A stretch of 39,193 bases of DNA, from positions 1 to 39,193 of the forward strand of contig CAZGAP010000007.1 of assembly GCA_964523935.1 (NCBI GenBank), in the 5' to 3' direction. Below, piece after piece: positions 1 to 9,767 of the stretch; the first letter of the stretch is position 1, and every line of letters begins with the position of its first letter. The notes beneath the pieces are model-generated. The model saw only the letters and a list, made by a program, of their open reading frames with translations. It had not been told where the DNA came from and ran no database searches. The translations under genes and the position numbers were made by a program. Source of the DNA: an uncultured Candidatus Saccharibacteria bacterium (GTDB lineage: Bacteria > Patescibacteriota > Saccharimonadia > Saccharimonadales > Saccharimonadaceae).

Positions 1-428
1 GGCTCGTACGTACCATCCCTAACGGCGTAGAGACACTTGTCCGTGCCGCGGTCCAAAATCTCAATATCCAGGAAGATCAAGCCCGCCAGTTCATACTAAA
101 GTTCGGCCTGGCTCAAGACAAGCTGGAAGGGCAGGTAATTCATGCCCTCGATAATACGCTTGACGGCTTCGCATCGGAGCTCACCAAATCAATAAAGTTC
201 TTCCAGGCAAGGTATCCGTCCATCGCGGTAGGTAATATCCTGTTGGCAGGCTACGCGGGCGTTGTTCCTCAGCTCGATCAGTACCTTGAGACGAAAACCG
301 GTATCAAAACCGTCATCGCCGACCCTTGGCAGCACGTTTCCGTCGCGTCCAATGATCAGCAATTGGCCGCGGTCAGTGCTGAGTTCGCCGTAGCGGTAGG
401 GTTGGCCCAGCGGGAGAACAAGGCATGA
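1..428 (+). CDS. pilM: Type IV pilus assembly protein PilM, C-terminal fragment (5' end lies outside the window)
   Basis: Frame 3 is open from the window edge (..LVRTIPNGVETLVRAAVQNLNIQEDQARQFILKFGL..LLAGYAGVVPQLDQYLETKTG). This resembles the actin-like PilM C-terminus. The stop overlaps the next gene start (ATGA at 425-428), and pilN/pilO/pilB follow. Confidence 0.75.
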   Translation, partial: LVRTIPNGVETLVRAAVQNLNIQEDQARQFILKFGLAQDKLEGQVIHALDNTLDGFASELTKSIKFFQARYPSIAVGNILLAGYAGVVPQLDQYLETKTGIKTVIADPWQHVSVASNDQQLAAVSAEFAVAVGLAQRENKA

Positions 429-1153
429 TAGAAATCAATCTTGTTCCTGACGTCAAACAGGAACTGATTAAAGCGCGTCGCGTCCGCACGATCGTCGTGA
501 GCACTGCGGTCGTCGTCGGTCTTGTCGCTGTCGGTATTGTGGTGCTGTTGGCGCTCTATCACTATGGTGCCCAGACGCTACGCTCGAAAATCGCCGACGA
601 TCAAATCTCAAGCAACAGCAGTAAGCTGGCCGCTATCGATGACCTAGGCAATACCATCACGATCCAACATCAGCTGTCGCGCCTGAGCGAAATCCATGAT
701 CAGACGAACGTCGACTCACGTTTCTTTGATTTGTTAGCCGCGATAAACCCTGCCGCACCGAACCAGGTGAGTTTCTCGTTGGCGCGTATCGACGCTGAGA
801 CGAAGACGGTACGACTGGAAGGTCAAGCCGCGAACGGCTATATCGCTGCTGATGTTTTGAAAAAGACTATTCTTGGGACCTCACTAAGCTTCAAGGAGCA
901 AGAGGGCGAAGCGCGGACGGTGCCGCTTGCGAAAACGGTTTCGACCTCGGAACTGAGCTACGGCGAAGATTCAACCGGTAAGAAGGTGCTCAGGTTCACG
1001 TTGACCTTCGAATACGACGAAGCGATCTTTGCAAGGTCGTCCGAAAACGCGGTGATTGTCCGACCGGACAGACAGGTCGTCACGGATTCGTTCCTGAGGC
1101 TGCCATCAAGCCTTTTCAGTGACCGAGCGGCAGACGAAGGGGGGAGTCAATAA
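425..1153 (+). CDS. pilN: PilN-like pilus assembly membrane protein
   Basis: N-terminus MIEINLVPD followed by a single TM helix (VVSTAVVVGLVAVGIVVLLALY). It sits between pilM and a PilO-like gene and is translationally coupled on both sides. Confidence 0.65.
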   Translation: MIEINLVPDVKQELIKARRVRTIVVSTAVVVGLVAVGIVVLLALYHYGAQTLRSKIADDQISSNSSKLAAIDDLGNTITIQHQLSRLSEIHDQTNVDSRFFDLLAAINPAAPNQVSFSLARIDAETKTVRLEGQAANGYIAADVLKKTILGTSLSFKEQEGEARTVPLAKTVSTSELSYGEDSTGKKVLRFTLTFEYDEAIFARSSENAVIVRPDRQVVTDSFLRLPSSLFSDRAADEGGSQ

Positions 1154-1845
1154 TGGACAAAGCGGTGGGGCTGCGAAAACGGCAGCAGATTACCAAGGCT
1201 AACCAGATGATGTTTCTGTGGATTGCGGGCGTATCGGTCGTCGTCGGCTTTTCGCTCGTACTGATGATATTTCTGGTGCAGAAAATATGGTTTGGCGAAA
1301 AAGTGATCGCCGAAAAGCAAAATACGGTTTCGATCCTCGAGAAAAACGTGCGGATCGCTCCTGATCTGAAAAACAATGTGCGGGTGCTAGGCACGAATGA
1401 AAACCTGAAGTCAACGAGACTTAATGATAGTGACTCGGCGCTCCAGTCAGTGCTTGATGCGCTACCTGCCGATGCCAATTCGACCGCCATGGCATCATCG
1501 CTTCAGACGAAGCTTCTGAATGGCGTCCCCGGAGTGACAATCGAATCGCTTAGGGTCGATCCGGTGAGCGGTGTCGAAACGACTGGCGAAAGCACGGACA
1601 TGGAGAGTGGCAGCTCGGCGAGCGCAGGTACGATCGGATTCTCATACTCGGTCAGCACGCCCGCAAGCAACCAGGAGGGATTACGACAAATTCTTTTGAG
1701 AATGGAGAAGTCCATCAGGCCGTTCACTATCAACAAGTTATCGGTTGAAAGCCAAGGCAACAGGGTAGTAATGAACGTGACCGGTGTCGGCTATTATGAA
1801 CAAGCCCAAGAGATTACACTAAAAGACAAGGTAGTCCGTCCATGA
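1153..1845 (+). CDS. pilO: PilO-like pilus assembly membrane protein
   Basis: 230 aa with an N-terminal TM helix (MMFLWIAGVSVVVGFSLVLMIFLV). Called from its position after pilN and the TAATG overlap with pilN. No diagnostic motif was seen. Confidence 0.5.
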   Translation: MDKAVGLRKRQQITKANQMMFLWIAGVSVVVGFSLVLMIFLVQKIWFGEKVIAEKQNTVSILEKNVRIAPDLKNNVRVLGTNENLKSTRLNDSDSALQSVLDALPADANSTAMASSLQTKLLNGVPGVTIESLRVDPVSGVETTGESTDMESGSSASAGTIGFSYSVSTPASNQEGLRQILLRMEKSIRPFTINKLSVESQGNRVVMNVTGVGYYEQAQEITLKDKVVRP

Positions 1846-2069
1846 AAAACAACGATACAGCGACTCTGATTATCATCGCGTCTATCAGTATGTTGGTCGC
1901 GTATTTTATCGCTGATGCCGTGATCGGCAAACCGAGTAGCGAAAGCGTGAAGGTGAAAACGGTAGCGCCGATTACGGCTGATATCGTCGAACCCGACAGC
2001 AAGATCTTCAACAAGGATGCGATCAACCCGACAGTAGAAGTCGTCATCGGCGAGGGGCAGAAACCGTAG
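1842..2069 (+). CDS. Small single-pass membrane protein inside the pilus operon (unknown function)
   Basis: 75 aa with one TM helix (TATLIIIASISMLVAYFIADAVI). ATGA overlap with pilO. It occupies the slot where PilP/PilQ sit in diderm loci. Confidence 0.45.
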   Translation: MKNNDTATLIIIASISMLVAYFIADAVIGKPSSESVKVKTVAPITADIVEPDSKIFNKDAINPTVEVVIGEGQKP

Positions 2070-2076
2070 GGTTGTC

Positions 2077-3840
2077 ATGGCGCTTCTAACGACAGACATG
2101 CAGGAGAAACTGGTAACTCTTCTTTCCGAAGAGGGGCTGGTAAGCAAGGGCGTCCTCGACGCGGCACTGAGCGAATCCCAAACGTCAAAGACGCCGTTGT
2201 TCGCTCTCTTGTCTGAACGGCATATCATCGACGATGAGATGCTGACCCATGCGATAGCTCAGGTGTCCGGCGTGCCTTATGTGAATCTGACGAACAGTCT
2301 GATTAACCAGGAAGTCCTGGACTTGCTCCCTGAAGACGTCGCCGAACGGTTCATGGCCGTGCCACTGGCGGAAGTGTCAAACCGACTTGCCGTCGCGATG
2401 GTCGACGCCAGCAATGTCCAGGCGGTCGACTATCTTTCGACCAGGATCGAGCGGCCATTGAAAGTGTTCATGGCGTCCGAGGCTGGCGTCAGGCACGTAC
2501 TCGACCAGTACAAGACCGATCTGTCGAGCGTGGATGTGGCGGCCGAGGTCTCTCAGCAAGAGGCCGAACAGGAAGAAGAAAGCAGTATCAAGACGATCGT
2601 TCAGGATTCGCCGATCAGCCGGGCGCTATCGACCATCTTGGAGTACGCGGTCAAATCACGTGCGAGCGATATTCATATTGAACCGCTCGAGTCGGCGCTT
2701 AAAATACGCTGCCGCGTCGACGGCGTCCTTCGCGAAATCATGCAACTGCCCAAAGCGATCGAACCGGCACTCGTCAGTCGTATCAAGATCTTATCTAACC
2801 TCAAGATTGACGAACACCGCATGCCGCAAGATGGCCAATTCGCCGTGAAGGTAGCAAACAAGGAAGTCGATCTCCGTATCGCTGTCAGCCCTGTAGTGTG
2901 GGGTGAGCAAGTGGTCATTCGTCTGCTTGACAAATCCGGGAATTCCTTCGACATCGAAGAAATGGGCTACGCCGGACGGGCGCTGCGTGCGATCAGAAAA
3001 GGCATCCACCGGCCGAACGGCATGGTGTTGACCTCCGGACCTACGGGGTCAGGTAAGTCGACTAGTCTGTATGCGCTGATCCAAGAAATAAAGGACGACA
3101 CCGTCAACATCGTGACCCTCGAGGATCCGGTCGAGTACAAGATGTCAGGCGTCAATCAGATCCAGGTTAATAGTGAGGTGGGCCTGACCTTCGCCAGTGG
3201 GCTCAGGTCGGTGTTGCGCCAAGATCCGGACATCGTCATGGTCGGTGAGGTCCGTGACGACGAAACGGCGAACCTTGCGGTGCAGGCGGCATTGACCGGT
3301 CATCTGGTCTTCAGTACGCTCCATACCAACAGCGCAGCAGGTGTCTTGCCTCGACTGCTTGATATGAAAATCGAACCCTTCTTGATCGCGAGCACGGTAA
3401 ATACGATCATCGGCCAGCGGCTCGTTCGCCGAGTCTCGCCGAAGAGGGATGTCTACCAATCAAACCCGATCGAAACGCAGAACATCCTGGCAACTGTCGG
3501 CCATTTGTTGCCGAAGACACCGGCGGAAGTGGCGCAGGTCGCTGCCGATCTTGGCTATAAGGACTTGCCTCTAGCAGGCCAAAACGCTTATACTTTAGTC
3601 AAGGGCAAGGACACCCCCGCGACACCTCGCGGTTACAGTGGTCGTGCGGGATTGTACGAGGTGATGGATGTCAGCGAATCGATCCAGCAACTGATCGTCG
3701 CGCATGCCACCACGAGCGAAATTCAAAAACAAGCGGTAGCAGAAGGAATGATCACGATGCGTCAGGATGGGTATCTCAAGGCGCTTCAGGGCATCACGAC
3801 GCTCGAGGAAGTTAACCGCGTAACCGCCGATACGGCTTAA
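2077..3840 (+). CDS. pilB: Type IV pilus extension ATPase PilB (GspE family)
   Basis: 587 aa. N-terminal T2SSE_N-like region, Walker A GPTGSGKST, Asp box LEDPVEY, Walker B DPDIVMVGEVRD, His box FSTLHTNSA. Confidence 0.92.
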   Translation: MALLTTDMQEKLVTLLSEEGLVSKGVLDAALSESQTSKTPLFALLSERHIIDDEMLTHAIAQVSGVPYVNLTNSLINQEVLDLLPEDVAERFMAVPLAEVSNRLAVAMVDASNVQAVDYLSTRIERPLKVFMASEAGVRHVLDQYKTDLSSVDVAAEVSQQEAEQEEESSIKTIVQDSPISRALSTILEYAVKSRASDIHIEPLESALKIRCRVDGVLREIMQLPKAIEPALVSRIKILSNLKIDEHRMPQDGQFAVKVANKEVDLRIAVSPVVWGEQVVIRLLDKSGNSFDIEEMGYAGRALRAIRKGIHRPNGMVLTSGPTGSGKSTSLYALIQEIKDDTVNIVTLEDPVEYKMSGVNQIQVNSEVGLTFASGLRSVLRQDPDIVMVGEVRDDETANLAVQAALTGHLVFSTLHTNSAAGVLPRLLDMKIEPFLIASTVNTIIGQRLVRRVSPKRDVYQSNPIETQNILATVGHLLPKTPAEVAQVAADLGYKDLPLAGQNAYTLVKGKDTPATPRGYSGRAGLYEVMDVSESIQQLIVAHATTSEIQKQAVAEGMITMRQDGYLKALQGITTLEEVNRVTADTA

Positions 3841-3851
3841 AGAAGAAACAT

Positions 3852-4922
3852 ATGACGAACCAAGAACTCAAAATCGAAATACTATTAGAAGAAGTCGTTC
3901 GCCGGCGGGCATCAGACCTGCATCTCCAAGTGGGACTACCTCCCATGCTCCGTATAGACGGCGCGCTGGTTCCCGTTGCCGGATTCGCTCCGCTCGATGA
4001 GCCTGCCGTCGAAACGCTTCTTTTTGCCATTCTTGACCAGGACCAGCAACAGATCCTCGATAAGGACAAAGAGTTCGATTTCAGCTTCGCTTTCGGGACG
4101 CTTGGACGCTTCCGTGTGAACGCGTACCATGAGCGCGGCAACCTGGCGGCCGCTCTGCGCTTGATACCGAATGAAATCAAGACTATCACTGAACTGGGCG
4201 TCCCGCCGGTCGTCATGAACTTCGCGAATTTCCCTCGTGGACTCGTACTCGTCACCGGTCCGACTGGGTCAGGTAAGTCAACGACGCTCGCGGCGCTCAT
4301 CGACAAATTAAATACCGAGACGTCACAGCATATCATCACGATCGAAGACCCGATCGAGTTCACTCATAAGTCAAAGAAATCCGTGGTCGTCCAGCGTGAA
4401 GTGCACTATGACACGTACAGCTTCTCAGCTGCGCTTCGCTCAAGCCTCCGGCAGGATCCTGATGTCGTGCTCATCGGAGAGATGCGTGATCTTGAGACGA
4501 TCAGCGCAGCAATCACGATCGCCGAAACGGGACATTTGGTGTTCGCATCACTTCATACCAACAGCGCGGCGCAGTCGATTGACCGTATGATCGACGTGTT
4601 TCCACCACATCAGCAATCACAGATCAGGGCACAGCTCGCGAATATCCTGATGGGAATCTGTTCGCAACGCCTCGTACCTGCCATCGGTGGCGGGCGTGTC
4701 GTCGCAGCCGAAATCCTGATAGCGAATCCGGCCGTCCGCAATATTATCCGCGAAGGCAAAACCCACCAGCTGGACGCGGTCATCCAGACCGGCGCTGATT
4801 CTGGTATGCAAACCATGGATCGTACGCTTGTCGGGTTCGTGCAGAGCGGTGTCGTGACGTATGATGAAGCAAGAAGCTTCGCAGTCGATCTCACCGAATT
4901 CGAACGCCTGATGCGAGGATAG
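3852..4922 (+). CDS. pilT: Twitching motility / pilus retraction ATPase PilT
   Basis: 356 aa. Motifs GPTGSGKSTT, IEDPIEF, DPDVVLIGEMRD, ASLHTNSA, and the PilT signature AVRNIIREGK. Confidence 0.92.
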   Translation: MTNQELKIEILLEEVVRRRASDLHLQVGLPPMLRIDGALVPVAGFAPLDEPAVETLLFAILDQDQQQILDKDKEFDFSFAFGTLGRFRVNAYHERGNLAAALRLIPNEIKTITELGVPPVVMNFANFPRGLVLVTGPTGSGKSTTLAALIDKLNTETSQHIITIEDPIEFTHKSKKSVVVQREVHYDTYSFSAALRSSLRQDPDVVLIGEMRDLETISAAITIAETGHLVFASLHTNSAAQSIDRMIDVFPPHQQSQIRAQLANILMGICSQRLVPAIGGGRVVAAEILIANPAVRNIIREGKTHQLDAVIQTGADSGMQTMDRTLVGFVQSGVVTYDEARSFAVDLTEFERLMRG

Positions 4923-4931
4923 CCACCCCGT

Positions 4932-6143
4932 ATGCGCAAATTCAATTACGAAGCAAAAGACACTACGACCAACAAAGTAGTCAAGGCAACCGTGCAAGCG
5001 GACTCCGAGCAGGAGGCGGCTAAATTGCTCATTCATCAGGGATTCGCCCCAGTCAGTATCGTCGAGACGCGAAACGAGGAAAACATCTTCACGAAGCTTT
5101 CGAGCCGTATTACGACCAAGGACAGAGTTGTCTTCACAAGACAGCTCTCCACGTTGATCGCGGCAGGTCTGCCACTGGCACAAAGTTTGCGCACCCTTAT
5201 TGACCAAACCCAGAACCGTCGTCTTCGGGGTATCCTACAAGAACTTATCGCATCAATCGAAGGCGGCCATTCGTTGCATGATTCCTTCGCGAAGCACCCA
5301 GAAGTGTTCGATAAATTGTTTCTCGCGCTGGTGGCCGCCGGAGAGGCATCGGGCACACTCGACCAGTCACTGCAGCGCATCGCTACACAGCAGGAGAAAG
5401 ACGCGGCTATAACGAGCAAGATCAAGGGCGCGATGACGTATCCGGTGATCGTCCTGGTGGTCATTATCGCGGTGCTTGTGTTCATGTTGTTCACGGTGGT
5501 GCCACAGGTGGAGAAACTGTACCGTGATCTCAACCAGACATTGCCATTGATAACGCAAATCATCGTGTCTATTTCCCAGTTCGCGACAACCTATTGGTGG
5601 GTCATCGTCATCGCTTTTGTTGTCGGAGGTTATCTCCTTGTGCAATACCTGAAAACACCTGCCGGACAACGTTCGCTAGACGTTCTCAAGTTGAACGTGC
5701 CGCTGTTTCGGGGTATGTTCCAGCGTTTATACATGGCCCGTTTTGCACGGACAGGCCAGACTTTGCTTGATACGGGCGTTAGCATGCTGGACATGCTATC
5801 CATTACGAGTGAAGCGGTGAGTAACAGTGTTATTTCCGATGAGATAGGCAGGGCCGCCGAAAAGGTTAAGGGGGGCAAAGATCTGTCCGCGGCACTTTCT
5901 GCCGAAGAACATGTCCCGGAACTGGTCTCACAGATGATCAACATCGGTGAAAAATCCGGAAAAATCGATGAGATGCTCGGAAAGACGGCAAAAATTTACG
6001 AAGACGAACTGGACGAAGAAATCGCGACGATTTCAACCTCGATCGAACCGATACTCATGGTCATCCTCGGGCTTATCGCCGGAGGCATGGTGGCAGCGAT
6101 CTTACTGCCGATTTACAGTTTGGTGAACACGCTCCAAGTCTAG
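4932..6143 (+). CDS. pilC: Type IV pilus platform protein PilC (GspF family)
   Basis: 403 aa. Two T2SSF-like repeats and three predicted TM segments. Typical FTRQLSTLIAAGLPL motif. Lies directly downstream of pilB/pilT. Confidence 0.9.
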   Translation: MRKFNYEAKDTTTNKVVKATVQADSEQEAAKLLIHQGFAPVSIVETRNEENIFTKLSSRITTKDRVVFTRQLSTLIAAGLPLAQSLRTLIDQTQNRRLRGILQELIASIEGGHSLHDSFAKHPEVFDKLFLALVAAGEASGTLDQSLQRIATQQEKDAAITSKIKGAMTYPVIVLVVIIAVLVFMLFTVVPQVEKLYRDLNQTLPLITQIIVSISQFATTYWWVIVIAFVVGGYLLVQYLKTPAGQRSLDVLKLNVPLFRGMFQRLYMARFARTGQTLLDTGVSMLDMLSITSEAVSNSVISDEIGRAAEKVKGGKDLSAALSAEEHVPELVSQMINIGEKSGKIDEMLGKTAKIYEDELDEEIATISTSIEPILMVILGLIAGGMVAAILLPIYSLVNTLQV

Positions 6144-6229
6144 ACAAGGGCATGACGGTGGTGTAGGATGAAGCATAAGCGCGTACTGCGTATTCATCAA
6201 TACACCGTTCATAGAAAGGTGGAAATTTC

Positions 6230-6748
6230 ATGAACATAACACCACATAAACAACAGGCAAAAGGATTTACGATTATCGAAGTCGTGCTCGTTCTTGCGAT
6301 CGCAGGCTTAATTTTCCTCATGGTGTTCGTCGCCTTGCCATCGCTTCAACGCGGCCAGCGGGATGCGCAGCGTAAAAGTGACGTTACACGCATAAATACG
6401 CAGCTAGAGAACTACCAGAGCTCAAATAGGAACGATATCCCCAGTGAGACCAAGATGACCGCTTCGACGACCGGGTTCGTAACGCGTTATCTGAAGGGAT
6501 CGGGCAGCGTGGCAGGTGACGAGTATAAGGACCCGAGTACTGGTGATGGCTATACGCTCACTACCGGTGAGACGGAGCCGACCCAGGGTCAAGTCAATTA
6601 TCAGGTAGGCCGTATTTGCGGAGAAGACGGTGCTGCGGTTGCCAGCGTCGGGAGTGGCAGTAGTCTGACCAGGGCGACCGCTCGGAACTACGCGCTGCGC
6701 ATACATCTGGAAAACCAAGGCGCTCCTTATTGTATTGATAACCGATAA
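6230..6748 (+). CDS. pilA: Type IV major pilin candidate (prepilin with class III signal peptide)
   Basis: MNITPHKQQAKG/FTIIEVVLVLAIAGLIF: a short basic leader, Gly-1, Phe+1, Glu+5 and a hydrophobic helix. RBS AAAGGTGG upstream and its own terminator downstream. Confidence 0.8.
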   Translation: MNITPHKQQAKGFTIIEVVLVLAIAGLIFLMVFVALPSLQRGQRDAQRKSDVTRINTQLENYQSSNRNDIPSETKMTASTTGFVTRYLKGSGSVAGDEYKDPSTGDGYTLTTGETEPTQGQVNYQVGRICGEDGAAVASVGSGSSLTRATARNYALRIHLENQGAPYCIDNR

Positions 6749-6770
6749 TTCGTAATCATGCACCTCATTA

Positions 6771-6804
6771 AAACACTCCGATCATTCGGAGTGTTTTGTT
6801 TTTG
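6771..6804 (+). terminator. Rho-independent terminator after pilA
   Basis: AAACACTCCG-ATCATT-CGGAGTGTTT hairpin followed by TGTTTTT. Confidence 0.7.
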
Positions 6805-6827
6805 CGACAAATGGTACCATAGTGCTT

Positions 6828-7715
6828 ATGAGTGTATACGTAACGACCGTCCTGCTTGCCGTCATCGGAACTGTCATGGGTAGTTTCGCTGCTGCGACAG
6901 TGTGGCGTCTCCGCGCCCGACAGCTAAGAGAAGACGCTGCAGCGGGTGAAAAAGTAACGAGTGCCGACAGGCAGCAGGTACGCGTACTGAAGCGCAGGAA
7001 GCTGGCCGATGACCGGTCACAGTGCCTTCATTGTGGGCATGCGCTTGCATGGTACGATCTTGTTCCTCTTGCCAGTTGGTTATGGCTCAGGGGTAAATGC
7101 CGGTATTGTCGGAAACCGATTGGTTATTTCGAGCCGCTCATGGAAATCGGCGTGGCAGTGTTTTTCGCGTGCTCGTTTCTTTTCTGGCCGTACGAGTTGT
7201 CAGGTAGCCTTGAAGTCGTCAAATTTTCACTCTGGCTCATCGGAGGGTTAGGTCTGGCTGTCCTTTTTGCATATGACGCCAAATGGTTTCTGCTTCCCAA
7301 CGTCATAATGTTCCCTGTCATCGGAGTGGGTATGGCATACAGTGCCATAAGCGTTTGGGAGCAGAACTTCGCTCTTGGTGCGGTGTACTCCGTACTGTTG
7401 GCGTGCTCGGTCCTGAGCGGGCTGTACTATGTCATATATGTCGTATCAAAAGGCGCATGGATAGGGTTCGGGGATATAAAGCTCGGTCTTGCGCTCGCAC
7501 TGCTGCTCGCTGACTGGAGACTTGCGCTGCTGACGCTCTTCCTGGCGAATCTTATCGGTGCGCTGGTACTACTCCCTTTCATGATAGCCGGCAAGATTAC
7601 CCGAAAGATGCATGTGCCCTTCGGGCCGTTCCTGATTGCAGGGTGGTTCATATCGGGTATATTCGGTCTTGCTATCATCGACTGGTATCTGTCGTTCACT
7701 TTGAGCCTCGTATGA
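6828..7715 (+). CDS. pilD: Prepilin peptidase / N-methyltransferase PilD (A24 family)
   Basis: Multi-pass membrane protein with Cys-rich CLHCGH..CRYCRKPI, and GFGDIKLG plus PFGPFL motifs around the catalytic Asp residues. The ORF track starts at GTG 6822. I prefer ATG 6828 because TGgTACCAT (6812-6820) lies 7 nt upstream. Confidence 0.9.
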   Translation: MSVYVTTVLLAVIGTVMGSFAAATVWRLRARQLREDAAAGEKVTSADRQQVRVLKRRKLADDRSQCLHCGHALAWYDLVPLASWLWLRGKCRYCRKPIGYFEPLMEIGVAVFFACSFLFWPYELSGSLEVVKFSLWLIGGLGLAVLFAYDAKWFLLPNVIMFPVIGVGMAYSAISVWEQNFALGAVYSVLLACSVLSGLYYVIYVVSKGAWIGFGDIKLGLALALLLADWRLALLTLFLANLIGALVLLPFMIAGKITRKMHVPFGPFLIAGWFISGIFGLAIIDWYLSFTLSLV

Positions 7716-7739
7716 CGCTTGTGCTATAATCAAAGCCAC

Positions 7740-8459
7740 ATGGCGGGCATACGACAGAGGGGTTTTACAGTCATTGAACTGATGCTTTTTTTGGGCATTA
7801 CGGGGGGCTTGTTCGCTGCGCTCATGATAGGAGTGAACACCAACATTACCCAGCAGCGGTATAGGGAGAGTGTCACGACGTATGCTTCGTTGCTCCAGAG
7901 ACAGTTTTCTGAAGTATTGAATACACGTAATGAACGCGATGGGACGCTAAAATGTGCCGACGGGGTCATAGATGATTCTGGGACGGCGGGTGTCGATCCA
8001 AGGGGTGCGTCATCGTGCGTCATACTCGGACGCTATCTGTTCGTCAAAGACGGAATCCGGATAGAGACGGGCAATGTTCTCGGTAAGGACCTCGGTAATC
8101 TGCGTCCCACGAACGATATTCAGGCATTTGAGCTTTTCAATCCTAAGGTTTCCGAGTATGGCAAGACGACTACGAGTGTGGACTGGCAGTCGACACTAAC
8201 GACCGTCGACGGTGCCAGTTCGACCGCGTCTTTTCTGATCTTGAGATCACCGGTGAGTGGTTTGCTGCGAGTATTCGCATCAGAAGACGCTGCACCATTG
8301 GGTGACCTAGGTTCTATGATTACGGAGGCTTCGGCGACCACAGCAGTCGTCAATTGCGTGGCCGGACAGTCCTTTGGTGTCCCGGTCCAATCGGTTTCTG
8401 TCGATCCCCGTATCGCGGGGCCGGACAGTGTTCGCATAAAGGATGATTCCGAATGCTAA
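7740..8459 (+). CDS. Minor pilin / pseudopilin (prepilin-type N-terminus)
   Basis: MAGIRQRG/FTVIELMLFLGITGGLFAAL. The ORF track opens at 7719, but ATG 7740 follows TGcTATAAT (7722-7730). Confidence 0.7.
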   Translation: MAGIRQRGFTVIELMLFLGITGGLFAALMIGVNTNITQQRYRESVTTYASLLQRQFSEVLNTRNERDGTLKCADGVIDDSGTAGVDPRGASSCVILGRYLFVKDGIRIETGNVLGKDLGNLRPTNDIQAFELFNPKVSEYGKTTTSVDWQSTLTTVDGASSTASFLILRSPVSGLLRVFASEDAAPLGDLGSMITEASATTAVVNCVAGQSFGVPVQSVSVDPRIAGPDSVRIKDDSEC

Positions 8460-9070
8460 ACACGCGGAAGCAAAGAGGGGATACTATCATCGAGGTTTTA
8501 TTCGCGTTTACCGTCTTTAGCCTTGTCGCGATCACCGGTTTGTCGCTTATGAACCAGGGAACCGCCTTGTCTCAAAGAGCGCTGGAAATTAGCTTAGTGC
8601 GACAGCAGATTGACTCTCAGGCCGACGCGTTACGATATCTGAATCATGCGTACGTCGCTGATTACGGTAAAAACGGAGCAGCCACCACCCAATGGAATCG
8701 TATCGTGACTGCCAACGCCGTAGAGCAAGCCAATGACTTTTCCGAGATGGCGGTCGGGGGGACGTGTAATTTGCCATCCGCCGCCGACAGACCTTTCGCG
8801 CTTGATATATTCAAGTTCGAAACAAGCCCACCGATCACGCAAATTACTGAAGCGAGTACCTACGCGAAAATACGGTACGGCGCAGCAATGGACGCGCGCC
8901 CTGAGGGACTATGGGTACAAGCGGTGCGATCACCTCAAGAAAGCGGTGCAGGTACATCGTCTCGCCCTGGGTTTTATGATTTCCATATCCGGGCATGCTG
9001 GTCATCGCCAGGACAATCCGTGCCTGTGACCATAGGAACGATAGTGAGGTTGTATGAACCGCGCGGCTAG
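8453..9070 (+). CDS. Minor pilin-like protein (prepilin-type N-terminus)
   Basis: MLNTRKQRG/DTIIEVLFAFTVFSLVAITGL, with Glu+5 retained. 7-nt overlap with the upstream pilin gene. Confidence 0.65.
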   Translation: MLNTRKQRGDTIIEVLFAFTVFSLVAITGLSLMNQGTALSQRALEISLVRQQIDSQADALRYLNHAYVADYGKNGAATTQWNRIVTANAVEQANDFSEMAVGGTCNLPSAADRPFALDIFKFETSPPITQITEASTYAKIRYGAAMDARPEGLWVQAVRSPQESGAGTSSRPGFYDFHIRACWSSPGQSVPVTIGTIVRLYEPRG

Positions 9071-9767
9071 AAATGACACCGGCTTTACGATTGTCGAGCT
9101 GCTGCTTGCAATGACGTTCGTGACGGTTCTCATGCTTGCGATCGCGGTGACCGTGATTCAGATCGGAAACATATACAACAAAGGGCTGACTATGAAGGGG
9201 GTGAATGAGTCAGGTCGATCCATCAGCTCCGACCTGCAGCAAACGATAGGTCAGGCGATACCGTTTGACGAGTCTTCGTTCCAGCCTCAACGACATCAAG
9301 GAACCGGTATGAACGACAGCGACGGTGGCAGGCTCTGCACGGGCATATATAGCTACGCATGGAACTACGGGAAAGCTCTTAGTGATCCTGTTAACAGGTA
9401 CTCATCCGGTGACGAAATGATACGTTTCGTGAGGGTGCGTGACGTCGGAGGTCAGTACTGCGCGGATATGACGAAGCTGATCGATGCGACCGATGCCACA
9501 GAGATGCTTTCGGTTGATGATGGCAACTTGGCAGTGCACAGTTTTACGATCAAGCGCGTCGCGTATAATGCGGCACTGAACCAGGCGATCTACCGTATCG
9601 TCATGGAAATCGGGACAAGTGACCAAAGTGCTCTTGAACGGAATATCGGTTTAGACACGATTGATACGTCGTGCCGGCCGCCGGCTGACAGTGAATCTCA
9701 GCAGGATTTCTGCGCGGTCAACAAATTTGAATTTACCGCTCTTGCAGGTAACAAAGGAGGCTTGTAA
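9054..9767 (+). CDS. Minor pilin-like protein (prepilin-type N-terminus)
   Basis: MNRAARNDTG/FTIVELLLAMTFVTVLMLAI. 17-nt overlap with the upstream gene. Confidence 0.7.
   Translation: MNRAARNDTGFTIVELLLAMTFVTVLMLAIAVTVIQIGNIYNKGLTMKGVNESGRSISSDLQQTIGQAIPFDESSFQPQRHQGTGMNDSDGGRLCTGIYSYAWNYGKALSDPVNRYSSGDEMIRFVRVRDVGGQYCADMTKLIDATDATEMLSVDDGNLAVHSFTIKRVAYNAALNQAIYRIVMEIGTSDQSALERNIGLDTIDTSCRPPADSESQQDFCAVNKFEFTALAGNKGGL

Noticed and set aside
2377-5944. Numerous 60-200-aa ORFs antisense to or out of frame within pilB, pilT and pilC (for example 3812-4363, 4617-5207, 5036-5563)
   Set aside because: They lie entirely within strongly supported genes. Their compositions are Arg/Ser/Cys-rich, as expected of wrong-frame translation of GC-moderate coding DNA, and they have no start context.
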